Position numbers and translations under genes: made by a program. Positions 1 to 11,324 of a stretch of 64,000 bases of DNA are shown here, piece by piece. Under the pieces are notes generated by a model. That model ran no database searches. It was not told the DNA's origin and worked only from the letters and a program-made list of their open reading frames with translations. Origin of the DNA: a virus. The stretch is taken from IMG/VR virus record IMGVR_UViG_3300013132_000048, positions 3,726-67,725 of that record; one strand, given 5' to 3'. Positions within the stretch are counted from its first letter, which is position 1. The number at the start of each line of letters is the position of its first letter.

Positions 1-2
1 CC

Positions 3-1316
3 TCATATATTTTAACATTATCTGGCATAGCCCTATCCGGCGCTCGCAGAGTAGATTCTTTTCAAGTGAATGGATTTGAAAAATTTAAAAAAATAACTCT
101 TGCTCAGGAAAATATAACAGAAATAATTTCTGTTCGTGATTCTAAAGGTAATGAATATTACGAAGTTGAAAGCCTAACGCAAGATACTGTTTATAAAGCC
201 ACAATTAATAATTCTCCTGATACTCAATTAGTAAAAGAAAATTTAATTCCAATACCAGCTCCATATAGATTTACTAAAGAAGGTCAATTATCAACAAGAT
301 TTACTACGCTGACATTTGGCGGAGGCTCTGCTGAGTCATTAGATGATGATATGATTCCTGATCCAAGTGAATTCGCTGTGCCATTATATGGCAAAAAAGT
401 ATTTTCTAGATTTACAATAAATCCTGGTAATTTGTTACAAACATCTACTCTTGGTATATTAAGTCCTAATACAACTTTAACAATTGAATATCGTTTTGGC
501 GGGGGCTTATCTCATAATATTGAAGCAAATACCATTAGAAGTATTTCTAGATTAGTAATATCTTTTCCCAGAAATCCTTCATCTGCTGTTGCACAGTTTG
601 TTAGAAGTTCTCTTGATGTTAAGAACCTTGCCCCGGCTAGTGGAGGAGAAGATGCTCCAACTATTGATGATTTAAAAGCTAGAGTAAGTTCTTTTAGAAA
701 TTCTCAATCTAGAATTGTAACAAAAGAAGATTTATTAGCAAGAATATATACGATGCCAAGTAACTTCGGCAGAGTATTTAGAGCATCTGTTCAGCCAAAT
801 CCTAACAATCCTTTAGCAACGCAACTTTTTATTATTTCTAGAAACATTCGCAAACAATTAGTCGTTTCTCCAGATTCATTAAAGAAAAATTTAGCATTTT
901 ATTTGAATCAATACAGAATGATTTCTGATGCAATAGATATTTTAGATGCAAAAATTATAAATTATCAAGTAAAGTTTCAAGTAGTTATAGATCCAAATAT
1001 GAATAAAAGTTTAGTAATGAAAAATATAATGTCAAAATTAACTAAATTTTTTGACATTAAAAATTATTACATTGACCAGCCAATTATTTTAGCAGAAGTA
1101 CAGAATATAATCTTTAATACTAGAGGCGTAATCTCAATTGTTTCAATTTCACTTGAAAATATATCAGGACAGGTTGGAGATTCAAATCCAAGATCATATT
1201 CGGAATTTGAATTTGATATCGCAGCTAATACACTAAATGGAATCGTGTTTCCTCCCCCTGGTGGAATTTTTGAATTAAGATTCAAAGACTTTGATTTAAT
1301 TGGAGCTGCTCTCTGA
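3..1316 (+). CDS. Baseplate wedge subunit (T4 gp6 / baseplate J-like), 5'-truncated by the window edge
   Basis: The frame is open from position 3 (SYILTLSGIALSG...). Motifs LTFGGG, IEYRFGGG..HN and ASGGEDAPTIDDLK...SQSRIVTKEDL match gp6/J-type wedge proteins. Confidence 0.85.
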   Translation, partial: SYILTLSGIALSGARRVDSFQVNGFEKFKKITLAQENITEIISVRDSKGNEYYEVESLTQDTVYKATINNSPDTQLVKENLIPIPAPYRFTKEGQLSTRFTTLTFGGGSAESLDDDMIPDPSEFAVPLYGKKVFSRFTINPGNLLQTSTLGILSPNTTLTIEYRFGGGLSHNIEANTIRSISRLVISFPRNPSSAVAQFVRSSLDVKNLAPASGGEDAPTIDDLKARVSSFRNSQSRIVTKEDLLARIYTMPSNFGRVFRASVQPNPNNPLATQLFIISRNIRKQLVVSPDSLKKNLAFYLNQYRMISDAIDILDAKIINYQVKFQVVIDPNMNKSLVMKNIMSKLTKFFDIKNYYIDQPIILAEVQNIIFNTRGVISIVSISLENISGQVGDSNPRSYSEFEFDIAANTLNGIVFPPPGGIFELRFKDFDLIGAAL

Positions 1317-1326
1317 TAGGTAAAAA

Positions 1327-2907
1327 ATGTATAGAATATTAAGTGCCAGTAAAGACAGTTATATTACAAATAAAGTAATTGCAAACAAAAGATGTGAAAC
1401 ATCTAATGTTGGACAGGCAGGAACTTTAGATCTATTTCATTTATATAATGAAAGTATAATTTCTGGCTACACCGGCAGTGTCGAAGAATTATCAAGAATA
1501 TTAATTGAATTTGATTATTCTCCAATAGCCGAATTAACATCTTCAATCTTGGATCTTAATGATTCATCATTCAAGGCTTATTTAAATTTAAAAAATATAT
1601 ATGGTGGTCAAACAGTTCCTAGTAATTTTACATTAAGAGCCATACCAGTTTCTAGAGCATGGGACGAAGGAAGAGGATTTGATGTAATTGCGTTTAGAGA
1701 TTTAGATACAGTAAACTATATCAGTGCATCTAAAAGCTCTGGGACCGCTGTAAGCTGGTCTTTAGCTGGCGCGGGTGCCTCGGGGACGCTTGGAGCACTA
1801 AATATTGATATAATCGTATCTGGCAATATAGGCAATGGACTAGAAGATCTTACTGTTTCACAATTCTTTCCAAGAGGTGATGAAGATTTAATACTAGATG
1901 TAACAAAATTAGTTTCTGCAAGTATATGTGGAAATATAGAAAATAATGGTTTTAGAATTGGATTTATTGATTCCGAAGAGCTAGACCAAACAACTAGATT
2001 TGTTAAAAGATTTGCATCAAGACATACAAATGATAAAACTTTACATCCAAAAGTAATTGTTACCTATAATGATGTTCTGCAAGATGATTCTGGGCATCCT
2101 CAATTTAATGTATCTCAAAGTATCTTTGTATACAATTCCATAAATGGAAATTACGCAAATTTTATATCTGGTAGTAGTCCAATTACAGGTTTAAATTCTT
2201 TAGTTTATGAACTAATAGCAAGTAAAAGTATCTCATATTACACAAGCAGTTTTAGCATTTCTCATTCTGCTAGCATTACACATAAAACTAGTTCCCTGTC
2301 CTATTTAACAAGATCATATTCTGGCTCTCAGTTTAATATTGGAACAATTCCACAAATAGGCATTTATTATGCAGATTTAAATTTAAATACAGCAGAAGAT
2401 GCTGGATTACAAGCCTATCTCTCAGGTGCCTCAGAACAAACATTCTTAGCCTCTTGGAAAAGTTTAGATAAAACAATTTTATTTGCTCAACAATATGTAA
2501 CTTATCAAATTCCATTTGGAACATTTAGCAATACTTTTGAAAAAAATTATACTGTTAATATTACCAATTTAAAACAAACTTATAACAAAGATGAAATTGC
2601 TAGACTTAGAGTCTTTATTCAAAATAACAATACAGAAATGGTTGCTTACAAGTTTCCAACAGAAACAAAATCTTTGATATTAAAAGATATAAAATGGAGA
2701 CTAATACAAGCGTATACTAAAAAAGAAGTAATTCCGTTTACTAGTTCTGCTACAAAATTGTCTACCGATAATTTGGGTATGTATTTTGATCTATATTTAA
2801 AAGATTTAAATGTGAATGAACTCTATGAAATAGAATTGATGATTACAGAAGCTAATAGAGATTATTATATAAAAGACAAAGGGTTTATATTTAAAATTAT
2901 AAGCTAA
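1327..2907 (+). CDS. Virion structural protein with DNRLRE-like beta-sandwich N-terminus
   Basis: 526 aa ORF in the baseplate cluster. KDSYI...NVG...SRILIEFD...AYLNL...VSRAWDEG pattern; Ser/Thr/Gly rich. Confidence 0.6.
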   Translation: MYRILSASKDSYITNKVIANKRCETSNVGQAGTLDLFHLYNESIISGYTGSVEELSRILIEFDYSPIAELTSSILDLNDSSFKAYLNLKNIYGGQTVPSNFTLRAIPVSRAWDEGRGFDVIAFRDLDTVNYISASKSSGTAVSWSLAGAGASGTLGALNIDIIVSGNIGNGLEDLTVSQFFPRGDEDLILDVTKLVSASICGNIENNGFRIGFIDSEELDQTTRFVKRFASRHTNDKTLHPKVIVTYNDVLQDDSGHPQFNVSQSIFVYNSINGNYANFISGSSPITGLNSLVYELIASKSISYYTSSFSISHSASITHKTSSLSYLTRSYSGSQFNIGTIPQIGIYYADLNLNTAEDAGLQAYLSGASEQTFLASWKSLDKTILFAQQYVTYQIPFGTFSNTFEKNYTVNITNLKQTYNKDEIARLRVFIQNNNTEMVAYKFPTETKSLILKDIKWRLIQAYTKKEVIPFTSSATKLSTDNLGMYFDLYLKDLNVNELYEIELMITEANRDYYIKDKGFIFKIIS

Positions 2908-2910
2908 TAT

Positions 2911-5900
2911 ATGGCACAAAATACATCAAAAAATATATTAGAAAATAAGCCAAGCTTATTTACTCCGTCTGTTGTTAGAAATTTAAAAAATCAAATGTCT
3001 AACAATGCCGAATATAAAGTAACATACGGAGAAGTAGTTGCGGATACGGATATAGAATCAACTAGTTCTATAAAATATGCATTACCAGGTGAAGGAATTA
3101 AATCTACTCAGCAACTAAACATAGATTGGAGCAGATTTGAAAATCATACATTTTTTAATTCAGCTCAAGTAAAAACAAATGTAGCTTTTGATAAAATTAT
3201 TAATGAATATCCATTTGATGGCAAAGAGCAAGAAATTGAAAATTATTTAGATAATTTAACCGGTTTTGAAAAATGGATCTATGATTCTTATCCAAAATAT
3301 AAAGGTTATTTATTTTTCTCTGGAACAAATGTTGGAGAATCATCTGGCGGAACATATGTAACGGTTAAAGATATTGCTGGTGCAGCTTATCCGACAGTTT
3401 CCCGGAAAACAAATGGCGTACCAATTTTAAGCCCTGGTAATAAATCATTATCTATAGAATTTTACTTATTTGTACCAGAACAATCAAATACGTCGCAGGT
3501 TTTGTTAGATAAACACATTGAAAGCGGAACAAATAAGCAAGGATTTTATTTGGGTCTTGAAGCTGCTGCTTCTACTACTCAAACATCTATGAGCTTTTAT
3601 ATTCTTTCTGGTACGGTAAACAGTAAAGTTACTGTAGATATAGACAAAGGTTCATGGAATCATTTTGCATTTGTTTGGGATAGAACACCGGGAATTTATA
3701 AAACACTTGCATATAAAAATGGCGAATTAGAGGCTAGTAGCTCATATGGAATTGAATTTAATGAAATATTTGCATCTCAACCAGACCTCTTAATAGGTTC
3801 TGGGAGTGCTGTTACTGGGCTATTTACTCCACAGACTACATTTTCTGGCGCATTAGATGAGTTAAGAATTTGGCACTCTGTTAGGAGTTTAAATGATATT
3901 CAGCAAAATATGCAAAAGGCAATTTTTGCAGATAATAATTTAAAATTATATTATCGTCTTAATGAACCGGCAAATATAAACAGTGCTCTTGTGATTGATT
4001 ATTCATCTAATTCATTACATGGAAAACTATCAAATAGTGGGTTAACGTTAGGAGTAAGGGAGATAGCAACTGGTTCTGTTGCCGGATCTACTCCAATGGC
4101 ATATGAAAAATTAGAATATTGTCCAGTATTATTTCCAAGTTATCCGGACATTAGTAATTTCAGGTATGAACTTTTATATAGTGGATCAATATATGATAAA
4201 TCAAATCCAAATTTAATTACAAAACTAATACCTCCTCATTATCTTTATGAAGGTCAAATAGAAAGTGCTCTGGAGACTGAAGAGGGAGAAATTGTAACAA
4301 CGTTACAAGGTGGCACAGATCCAAGATCCGTGAAGCTCGGTGCGACTCAGACACTACTGTTATTACTTTATACTTGGGCTAAATTCTTTGATGAAATGAA
4401 ATTGTTTATTCAAGCATTTGCTGATATTAATTTTATTGACTATGATCAAACTGATACTGTGCCAGATCAATTCTTATTACAATTTGCAAAAAACTATGGA
4501 ATTGATTTACCACCATTATTCTCCGGCGCATCCGTTGGACAATTTTTAAATGCAGAAAATATTCAAGATAATATTAGTACAAATAATTTGTCTTTACAAT
4601 ACATTCAAAATCAAATTTGGAGAAGAATATTAAACAATTTACAAGATGTAATTCAATCAAAAGGAACAATACATTCTGTTAAATCTTTTATTAGATCCGT
4701 AGGAATTGACCCAGATAATAATTTTAGAATAAGAGAATATGGCGGACCTACAAAAAGAGCTTTATCTTTCGTAAGAGATAATCGTTCTGAAGTTTCTACT
4801 GCATTATCTTTTATATCCGGTGGTTTAATTACTAGTCCATTTTTAAGTGCCTCTCGTATAGAGCCTGGGATACCTTTGCCCGTTGGTACAGCTAATGATG
4901 ATTTATTTACTTCTGGCTCTTGGACCTATGAAGCCACTTATGTTTTTTCTAAAGATAAGAGATATCAAACATCACAATCTTTATTAAGATTAAATACAAC
5001 AGGATCCGGTATTTCTGGACCAGAAGTTTGGGGAAATCTTGTATTTGTTTCTGGCACAAACGATGGAACATTAAATGCCTTTCTAAGACCAAATACAAAC
5101 TCATCGAGCCCTGTGCTTACATTAACATTAACAGGAGTAGATTTATTTGACGGTAATCAATGGTATGTTTCTTTTGGAAGAACTAGAAATGATTTATTGC
5201 CATCAAACATGATTTCTCTAGTTTCATCTTCATATTTCTTAAGAGCAGGAAAACAAAACTTTGGCTCTATTTCACAACAAACTCAAACATTATCTTATTT
5301 TGATGATTCATTAGGTGGCGGAAACAATATACAACAGGTCTTAGATACCAGTTTTAATGCTTCTGGCTCTTATTTTACAATAGGATCACAATCAATAGAT
5401 ACTACTTTACCAGCATTTTTAAATGCTAGCATGATAACCAGTCCGGTTCATGGAGTTACTAATTTTAATGGAAAAATAACCCAAATAAGATTTTGGACAA
5501 AAGCTCTTACAGAAAAAGAATGGAAAGAACATATCTTAGATTATAAGTCAGTTGGCGTACAAGATCCATTAACTAATTTTAATTTCATAACAAATAAAAG
5601 CGGTTCATGGGAAAGAATAAGAATTGATGCATCTACAGATCAAATAGATTTGGAAACAAACACAGCAGGAAATATTAATATATTCGATTTCACTCAAAAT
5701 AATTTTCATTTATCTGGTACTAATTTTCCAGCAACATCATCTATAATAAATCCAGAAAGATTTTATTACAGTTATATTTCGCCAAAATTTGATGAAGCTA
5801 GCACAGTAGATAAAGTAAGAGTTAGAAGTTTTCAGGAATTTGAAAATGTACAACTATATCCATGGGCAGAAGTAGCACCAGTTTATCAATTGATTCCATC

Positions 5901-6342
5901 AGAATTACCGACTGACAATACTAGATTTACAATAGATTTTAGCGTTATAGACGCTCTTGATCAAGATATAATAACCATATTCTCGACACTAGATAGCCTA
6001 GATAATATTCTAGGAAATCCAGAATTACTATTTGCTCCTGATTATCCAGGGTTATCAAATTTAAGAGAAATTTATTTTAATAAATTAGTTGATAAAATTA
6101 ATATTAAAAACTTTTTTGAATTTTTCAAATGGTTTGATACGAATATAGGAACATTTGTTGCTCAACTTATACCAAGAAAAACTAAATTTTTAGGGACAAA
6201 TTTTGTAATTCAGAGTCATATGTTAGAACGACCAAAGATGGAATATTTATATAACGAAATTTATCTTGGTGATAGTAACAGAGACGCATTAAGATCTGTA
6301 ATATTATTACAATTATTTACAGGAACTTTCGTCAAATATTGA
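2911..6342 (+). CDS. Large baseplate/tail protein with LamG (concanavalin-like) domains and a gpI/gp7-like wedge segment
   Basis: 1143 aa. LamG-like WNHFAFVWD...YKNGEL...FSGALDELRIW and FNGKITQIRFW. Wedge-type IWRRILNNL..IQSKGTIHSVKSFIR. Confidence 0.7.
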   Translation: MAQNTSKNILENKPSLFTPSVVRNLKNQMSNNAEYKVTYGEVVADTDIESTSSIKYALPGEGIKSTQQLNIDWSRFENHTFFNSAQVKTNVAFDKIINEYPFDGKEQEIENYLDNLTGFEKWIYDSYPKYKGYLFFSGTNVGESSGGTYVTVKDIAGAAYPTVSRKTNGVPILSPGNKSLSIEFYLFVPEQSNTSQVLLDKHIESGTNKQGFYLGLEAAASTTQTSMSFYILSGTVNSKVTVDIDKGSWNHFAFVWDRTPGIYKTLAYKNGELEASSSYGIEFNEIFASQPDLLIGSGSAVTGLFTPQTTFSGALDELRIWHSVRSLNDIQQNMQKAIFADNNLKLYYRLNEPANINSALVIDYSSNSLHGKLSNSGLTLGVREIATGSVAGSTPMAYEKLEYCPVLFPSYPDISNFRYELLYSGSIYDKSNPNLITKLIPPHYLYEGQIESALETEEGEIVTTLQGGTDPRSVKLGATQTLLLLLYTWAKFFDEMKLFIQAFADINFIDYDQTDTVPDQFLLQFAKNYGIDLPPLFSGASVGQFLNAENIQDNISTNNLSLQYIQNQIWRRILNNLQDVIQSKGTIHSVKSFIRSVGIDPDNNFRIREYGGPTKRALSFVRDNRSEVSTALSFISGGLITSPFLSASRIEPGIPLPVGTANDDLFTSGSWTYEATYVFSKDKRYQTSQSLLRLNTTGSGISGPEVWGNLVFVSGTNDGTLNAFLRPNTNSSSPVLTLTLTGVDLFDGNQWYVSFGRTRNDLLPSNMISLVSSSYFLRAGKQNFGSISQQTQTLSYFDDSLGGGNNIQQVLDTSFNASGSYFTIGSQSIDTTLPAFLNASMITSPVHGVTNFNGKITQIRFWTKALTEKEWKEHILDYKSVGVQDPLTNFNFITNKSGSWERIRIDASTDQIDLETNTAGNINIFDFTQNNFHLSGTNFPATSSIINPERFYYSYISPKFDEASTVDKVRVRSFQEFENVQLYPWAEVAPVYQLIPSELPTDNTRFTIDFSVIDALDQDIITIFSTLDSLDNILGNPELLFAPDYPGLSNLREIYFNKLVDKINIKNFFEFFKWFDTNIGTFVAQLIPRKTKFLGTNFVIQSHMLERPKMEYLYNEIYLGDSNRDALRSVILLQLFTGTFVKY

Positions 6343-6436
6343 TCAAGTAAAAAGATAGATAGAAATAAATTATTATTATAATAATTCATTTTTTGTTTTA
6401 ATAATAATTAAGAATTAGCTGTTTCATAGGAAATGA

Positions 6437-7336
6437 ATGTCTACATTAGCACAAGTAGAAAGTAGTCTTGGATTAAGATTTACACCGTTTGACGATTCTC
6501 AACAGATTTCTGTAGATGTATTGATTGCAATTAGGAATCAAGTTTCTTCTGGATATAATACGAGAAACATTGATCAATATCGTCAGGGAGTAGAAATTAC
6601 CGCAGGCAAATATCTTTTCAATTCTACTCAGCCAAAATTATGGGCAGGAAATATTTTTCAAATCGTAAACCTTTCAACTTTAGGACAAGCAAGAAGTTGG
6701 ACCGAATATACAAATAGTGAAATTTATAACGATTTAATAATTGATTTCAATCCAGTTCAATATATTCTTTCTGGTAAAAATTATCCATTTCCAATTTATT
6801 TTAATAATGGACCTATGCAGGAAGAAGAGGCAATAATAGAGCCCTTAACAATTCCATATCGAAAAGATTATATTTGGGGAGCAAATCCTCCAAGACAAAT
6901 ACATGCTGAATTAGAAGATGGAAATAATTTTGCAGATCCAAAAAAGGGTTCAAGTTTAATAAAACAATTTATAGAATATGACCCACCGTTAGATCCATAT
7001 TATTTTCTAGATGATGGACAGCAATATTTTGGAACTTCTGTTACATCTTCCGTAATAATAGAAGGATTCTCTCCTATATTAATTAGAAACATTGATCCTT
7101 TTAATGATACTAATGATGAGAAAATTGTAGCACAAATTTCTTCTTCGCTAAATAATACTGTTGCAAATATGGATTTTATTTCTCAATTAAAACTTTTACA
7201 TTTAGAATTAGATGATGATATTAGAGAAACCTATACACAAAAATCTGCTACTGCTGGATATTCTGTATATGGACCGCAACAAGCAATATATGGTACAGAT
7301 TCTATTGCATACAATGGATGGCTAAGGGGTAGCTGA
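6437..7336 (+). CDS. Hypothetical virion structural protein
   Basis: 299 aa ORF in the co-directional structural cluster; AGGA upstream. Confidence 0.55.
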   Translation: MSTLAQVESSLGLRFTPFDDSQQISVDVLIAIRNQVSSGYNTRNIDQYRQGVEITAGKYLFNSTQPKLWAGNIFQIVNLSTLGQARSWTEYTNSEIYNDLIIDFNPVQYILSGKNYPFPIYFNNGPMQEEEAIIEPLTIPYRKDYIWGANPPRQIHAELEDGNNFADPKKGSSLIKQFIEYDPPLDPYYFLDDGQQYFGTSVTSSVIIEGFSPILIRNIDPFNDTNDEKIVAQISSSLNNTVANMDFISQLKLLHLELDDDIRETYTQKSATAGYSVYGPQQAIYGTDSIAYNGWLRGS

Positions 7337-7341
7337 ATATT

Positions 7342-9996
7342 ATGTCGAGACAAGAAAAAAAGACAAGAATGAGAATGCTACCGCCTAGAGTGCAGCTACA
7401 ACAACGAGATGCTCTTACCGGTTCTTATCCTACTACCGTTAGATTTTCTACAGACGGGAGAACAGGTAAATATCCAATTAGTTTTGATGATACTGAAACA
7501 ATTAATTTTAATACCTATTATAGTAGCTCTTTATATGATTTAACTTCTTTAAAAGTAGACGTTATTCATTATCAAAGGTGGAATGAACAAGAGTTTATAG
7601 ATAATGATGGCACCAATATATTTTTTAAACAAACATATGTTGGCACTCCATATAATGGAACAGAAGATACAAATATTAAAAATATTAACGATACAGGAAC
7701 GATAGGTACAAACAATTGGTTTAAAGGACCATCTTTAGATTCTAATTCAAATTCTACTTGGCCAGGTAACACTACTCCGCATCCTAAACTAAGCTCTATA
7801 TATATTGCCGATACAGATTTAAATAGAATTGATAACACGTATGATTATACAGATGTGGATCCAAATAGAGATTTTACAATAGCCATGTGGATTAATCCTG
7901 AAAGCTTTACACTTGATACGCCATTAGTAAGACTTTCACAAACAAATAATAGCTTGGCTGGCAGTCAATCATGGTATTTTGCGTTATTTTTTGGTCAACT
8001 TTGTTTAGTTTTAATTGATGAAACTGGCACCTATGATTCTGGTCCATATGCATTAGCATATTCTGATGATATTGCAGATTCTATAGGCAACTATCAAAAT
8101 AAATGGGTCCATGTAGCAGCAACTTATTCTGGCGGTGGAAGTGCTGGAATCAAATTATATATTAATGGTCTGCCAGTAACAAATAGCACCTCCGATTTGG
8201 GTGTATATATTAAAATGAGCTCATCCAGTACGAGATTAATTTATGGTTCAAGCGGCGGGGCTGGGAATAATTTATATTATGGATATATGTCTGAATTTGC
8301 ATATATTGGTAAAACGTTAACGGATCAAGAAATTAACGACCTTTATAATCTTAATTTGATAGGCAAAGCGATATACGATAAAGTAGATATCGGTTATTCT
8401 CCAGCGATTGGTTTACCTAATACCAATAATTGGCTACAGCAACCAGATGCATCAGATGTTGAAGAAATTATATATTCAACAATTGTTGCTCCAACCGGCT
8501 CTGTAATATCGAGCGTGATTGATAATCTTCCATTCATACACTTTACTCCAGGACAAGAAATCACTCCGTTTCGTGACAGTGATCAACCTGCTGTAGATGG
8601 TAAATCTTCTGGTGATTCTTTCTATGCTACTGGTAGTGCCGTTGCAGATGTTGGAGAAGGATTTACGTCTCCTCTTTGGAGTAAAAATAAAATTGAAATT
8701 GATATCTCTACTGATACTTCTGCCTCCTTGTATACATATGCCAGGAAAGCAGATATAACAAAAAATTTAGCATATTATAATTTTATAACAAAAAAATGGG
8801 AATTGCTTGCAGGAGATCATGGTCCATATCTTTTTAATCAATTTGGAACAGCAAGGATGGCATTTAGTCCAAGCCTAATGACTTGGACTAATGGTTTAGA
8901 TCCAGGAAACAAAGGATTAGCTACCACAACATTTGGTTTTCCTTTTCATTCTTTATATGCGGCAACCAGTTCTCAGCTACTTTCAATGAAAAATTATATA
9001 AATGAACCTTTTCTTTTGGAAAAGGTTGTAATTGATTTCACGGGATCATTTCAATCAGGATTTAGTCAAGTATTTCAACCTGGTACTTTATTTTCTGGCG
9101 AAGATCCTCCTTTGCCATATGATCCGACTGCCCCAATTGAATTTTCAAGTAGTTATGCGGTTAATAACTTTTTCATATTAAATCAAAGATTATATAATGC
9201 ATCAACTAGGCTATTTTCTGGTTGGTCTGCTAACAACACACCGTATTATATAAATTTTTCTTTACCTAATGGTACAATCAATACTGTTCGTGATTTAATT
9301 GGTTATGGTTCTATTGCATCTTTTAACAATGCTTTTGGATGGGCATATACAGCTTCTAATAATCCGGACGCTCTATATGGTGGAAGATGGAAAAGAGATT
9401 TAAATATTATCAATACTATAAGTTCTGACGCAACAAAATCATTATGGTCTGGACATTATGAAATGTCATTTTCTATAAAATCACCAAATAGATTTGGCGA
9501 TACTCCAAATGAGATTAATCCAAGTATATCTACTCCCAAAGCATTAGGATGGCAAGTTTTTAATCTTGGCAATACGCCCGCAGGAGTTGGACATCTTCAA
9601 AATGGGGGAACTTTGGGTCTGAGTTCTATTACTCCCAGTGGTCGAAATACGGTTTCTCCACTTGCACAATTAAATGTTATAAGTTCTTCTGCTCCTATTA
9701 ACTCATTAGTAAAAGTACCTTATATAAATTTTAAAGAATACAATAAAATAAATCCATATTTGCTTTTTCCAACAGATAATTTAATAATTGGATGGGCTGC
9801 GGCGACAATGGATGACTATACATTTATAGGTAATGTAGCTGCTTCATCAACAAATTTAACGGCTTCAATGTTAACAATTGCCGCAGGACCAGCAAAAATT
9901 ACTTTATATGGTTCCTACATAAGAGAAGGACGAGAATATAATGATGGAACAAATCAGCTTCTATCATCAGATAGCGTACATGAGGTAATAGAATAA
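7342..9996 (+). CDS. LamG-domain tail/baseplate protein (possible receptor-binding or carbohydrate-binding)
   Basis: 884 aa. FTIAMWINP...NKWVHVAATY...KLYING...MSEFAYIGKTLTDQEI is a Laminin_G_3-type pattern. Confidence 0.7.
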   Translation: MSRQEKKTRMRMLPPRVQLQQRDALTGSYPTTVRFSTDGRTGKYPISFDDTETINFNTYYSSSLYDLTSLKVDVIHYQRWNEQEFIDNDGTNIFFKQTYVGTPYNGTEDTNIKNINDTGTIGTNNWFKGPSLDSNSNSTWPGNTTPHPKLSSIYIADTDLNRIDNTYDYTDVDPNRDFTIAMWINPESFTLDTPLVRLSQTNNSLAGSQSWYFALFFGQLCLVLIDETGTYDSGPYALAYSDDIADSIGNYQNKWVHVAATYSGGGSAGIKLYINGLPVTNSTSDLGVYIKMSSSSTRLIYGSSGGAGNNLYYGYMSEFAYIGKTLTDQEINDLYNLNLIGKAIYDKVDIGYSPAIGLPNTNNWLQQPDASDVEEIIYSTIVAPTGSVISSVIDNLPFIHFTPGQEITPFRDSDQPAVDGKSSGDSFYATGSAVADVGEGFTSPLWSKNKIEIDISTDTSASLYTYARKADITKNLAYYNFITKKWELLAGDHGPYLFNQFGTARMAFSPSLMTWTNGLDPGNKGLATTTFGFPFHSLYAATSSQLLSMKNYINEPFLLEKVVIDFTGSFQSGFSQVFQPGTLFSGEDPPLPYDPTAPIEFSSSYAVNNFFILNQRLYNASTRLFSGWSANNTPYYINFSLPNGTINTVRDLIGYGSIASFNNAFGWAYTASNNPDALYGGRWKRDLNIINTISSDATKSLWSGHYEMSFSIKSPNRFGDTPNEINPSISTPKALGWQVFNLGNTPAGVGHLQNGGTLGLSSITPSGRNTVSPLAQLNVISSSAPINSLVKVPYINFKEYNKINPYLLFPTDNLIIGWAAATMDDYTFIGNVAASSTNLTASMLTIAAGPAKITLYGSYIREGREYNDGTNQLLSSDSVHEVIE

Positions 9997-9997
9997 T

Positions 9998-11323
9998 ATG
10001 CCAATCTTTGACACATTTGAAACCGAGTCCATAAGTTCATATAGTGGTAGTTATATTTCGGATTATTATGCTTATCTCGATTCAACAGTTAATGCAAATG
10101 GAATTAATCCTGCCGGTTCTTACTTTTCTTCTAGAGTAGGTACAAACGCTTCTGGAAGAGGAAAAATTTTTGATTTAGCATCTAGACAAAAAACATCTTA
10201 CTATGGAGAAGTTGAATTTGATTTGGAAACCTACCTGAAAATCAATAATATAAATTATATTGGTAGACCGCAAAAATTTGTTAATTTTTTTTCTGAAGAA
10301 GAATTTTATTTTGATTCAGTAATGCCTTATCCATTTGATATCCACACAGCAAATGGAGCAAAAAGTGTATTTAGCGATGTAACATACACTTTATTAGGAA
10401 ATAGGATAGGACATACTTTATATTTAACTCTTGGAACAGAATTAACTGCTTCTAATGATTTCGTAAATATCGCAGATAAAAAATGGATTTTTAGTTTTCC
10501 ATTTAGCTCTAAATATAAAAATTTAAAGAGATTAATAGACAATACTACAATAGAACAAACAATCGAATATTATCCATCTGGAATTTTTGGGAGCGAAACT
10601 CCTAAACAAAACGTTGAATGGCAAGTATGGAAATATGGCACAGGAACTAATCCTGGGATTTTACCTAGTCCTATTAAAACTACTACCCCCCAATTTTTTG
10701 TTGCATGGCTAGTTCCATCGCAATCTTTTCCAAACGGAACTTTGTCTGAGTCTGGTTCTTTGTTTTCTACAGATAGAAATCTAAATAATACTTTTATAAT
10801 CCCTTGGAATAGAAAAATTAAAAATAATATTTTTACAGATACAATCGAAAATCTAACATTGGAAAGCCAATATAATTCTTATTTTGGATTTGGTAATTCT
10901 TCAAGATATAAATTACCTTCTTATGTAGAACAAACTAATTTACGTTCCATATTTCCAATATTTCCAATTACAACAGGATCAAATGGACAATCAATATTAA
11001 AATTAGGCGTTGGAACTCTTTTAAGAGGATATAAATATGGAATCATTTCCGCAAATCTACTAAAGACAAAAAATGTATTTAGAACTGGTAAATTTGGACA
11101 ATTCAGAGATATGCTAGAACAAAGACCAAATACACAATTTATCATAAAGGGTAATTTTTTTTCCAGCAGATTTTTTCCAATAGATGTAACATTTGTCACA
11201 GGTTCTACCATATATACACAAGCAATTGATTATGTAACAGCAACAAATCCTAGTTACAATCCATATGATAGTGGTATTTATGATTACCATTATAGAAGTG
11301 GACAACCCTTTACGGATAGATAA
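9998..11323 (+). CDS. Hypothetical virion structural protein
   Basis: 441 aa ORF tightly coupled to both neighbours; C-terminal FRTGKFGQFRDMLEQR segment. Confidence 0.55.
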   Translation: MPIFDTFETESISSYSGSYISDYYAYLDSTVNANGINPAGSYFSSRVGTNASGRGKIFDLASRQKTSYYGEVEFDLETYLKINNINYIGRPQKFVNFFSEEEFYFDSVMPYPFDIHTANGAKSVFSDVTYTLLGNRIGHTLYLTLGTELTASNDFVNIADKKWIFSFPFSSKYKNLKRLIDNTTIEQTIEYYPSGIFGSETPKQNVEWQVWKYGTGTNPGILPSPIKTTTPQFFVAWLVPSQSFPNGTLSESGSLFSTDRNLNNTFIIPWNRKIKNNIFTDTIENLTLESQYNSYFGFGNSSRYKLPSYVEQTNLRSIFPIFPITTGSNGQSILKLGVGTLLRGYKYGIISANLLKTKNVFRTGKFGQFRDMLEQRPNTQFIIKGNFFSSRFFPIDVTFVTGSTIYTQAIDYVTATNPSYNPYDSGIYDYHYRSGQPFTDR

Positions 11324-11324
11324 A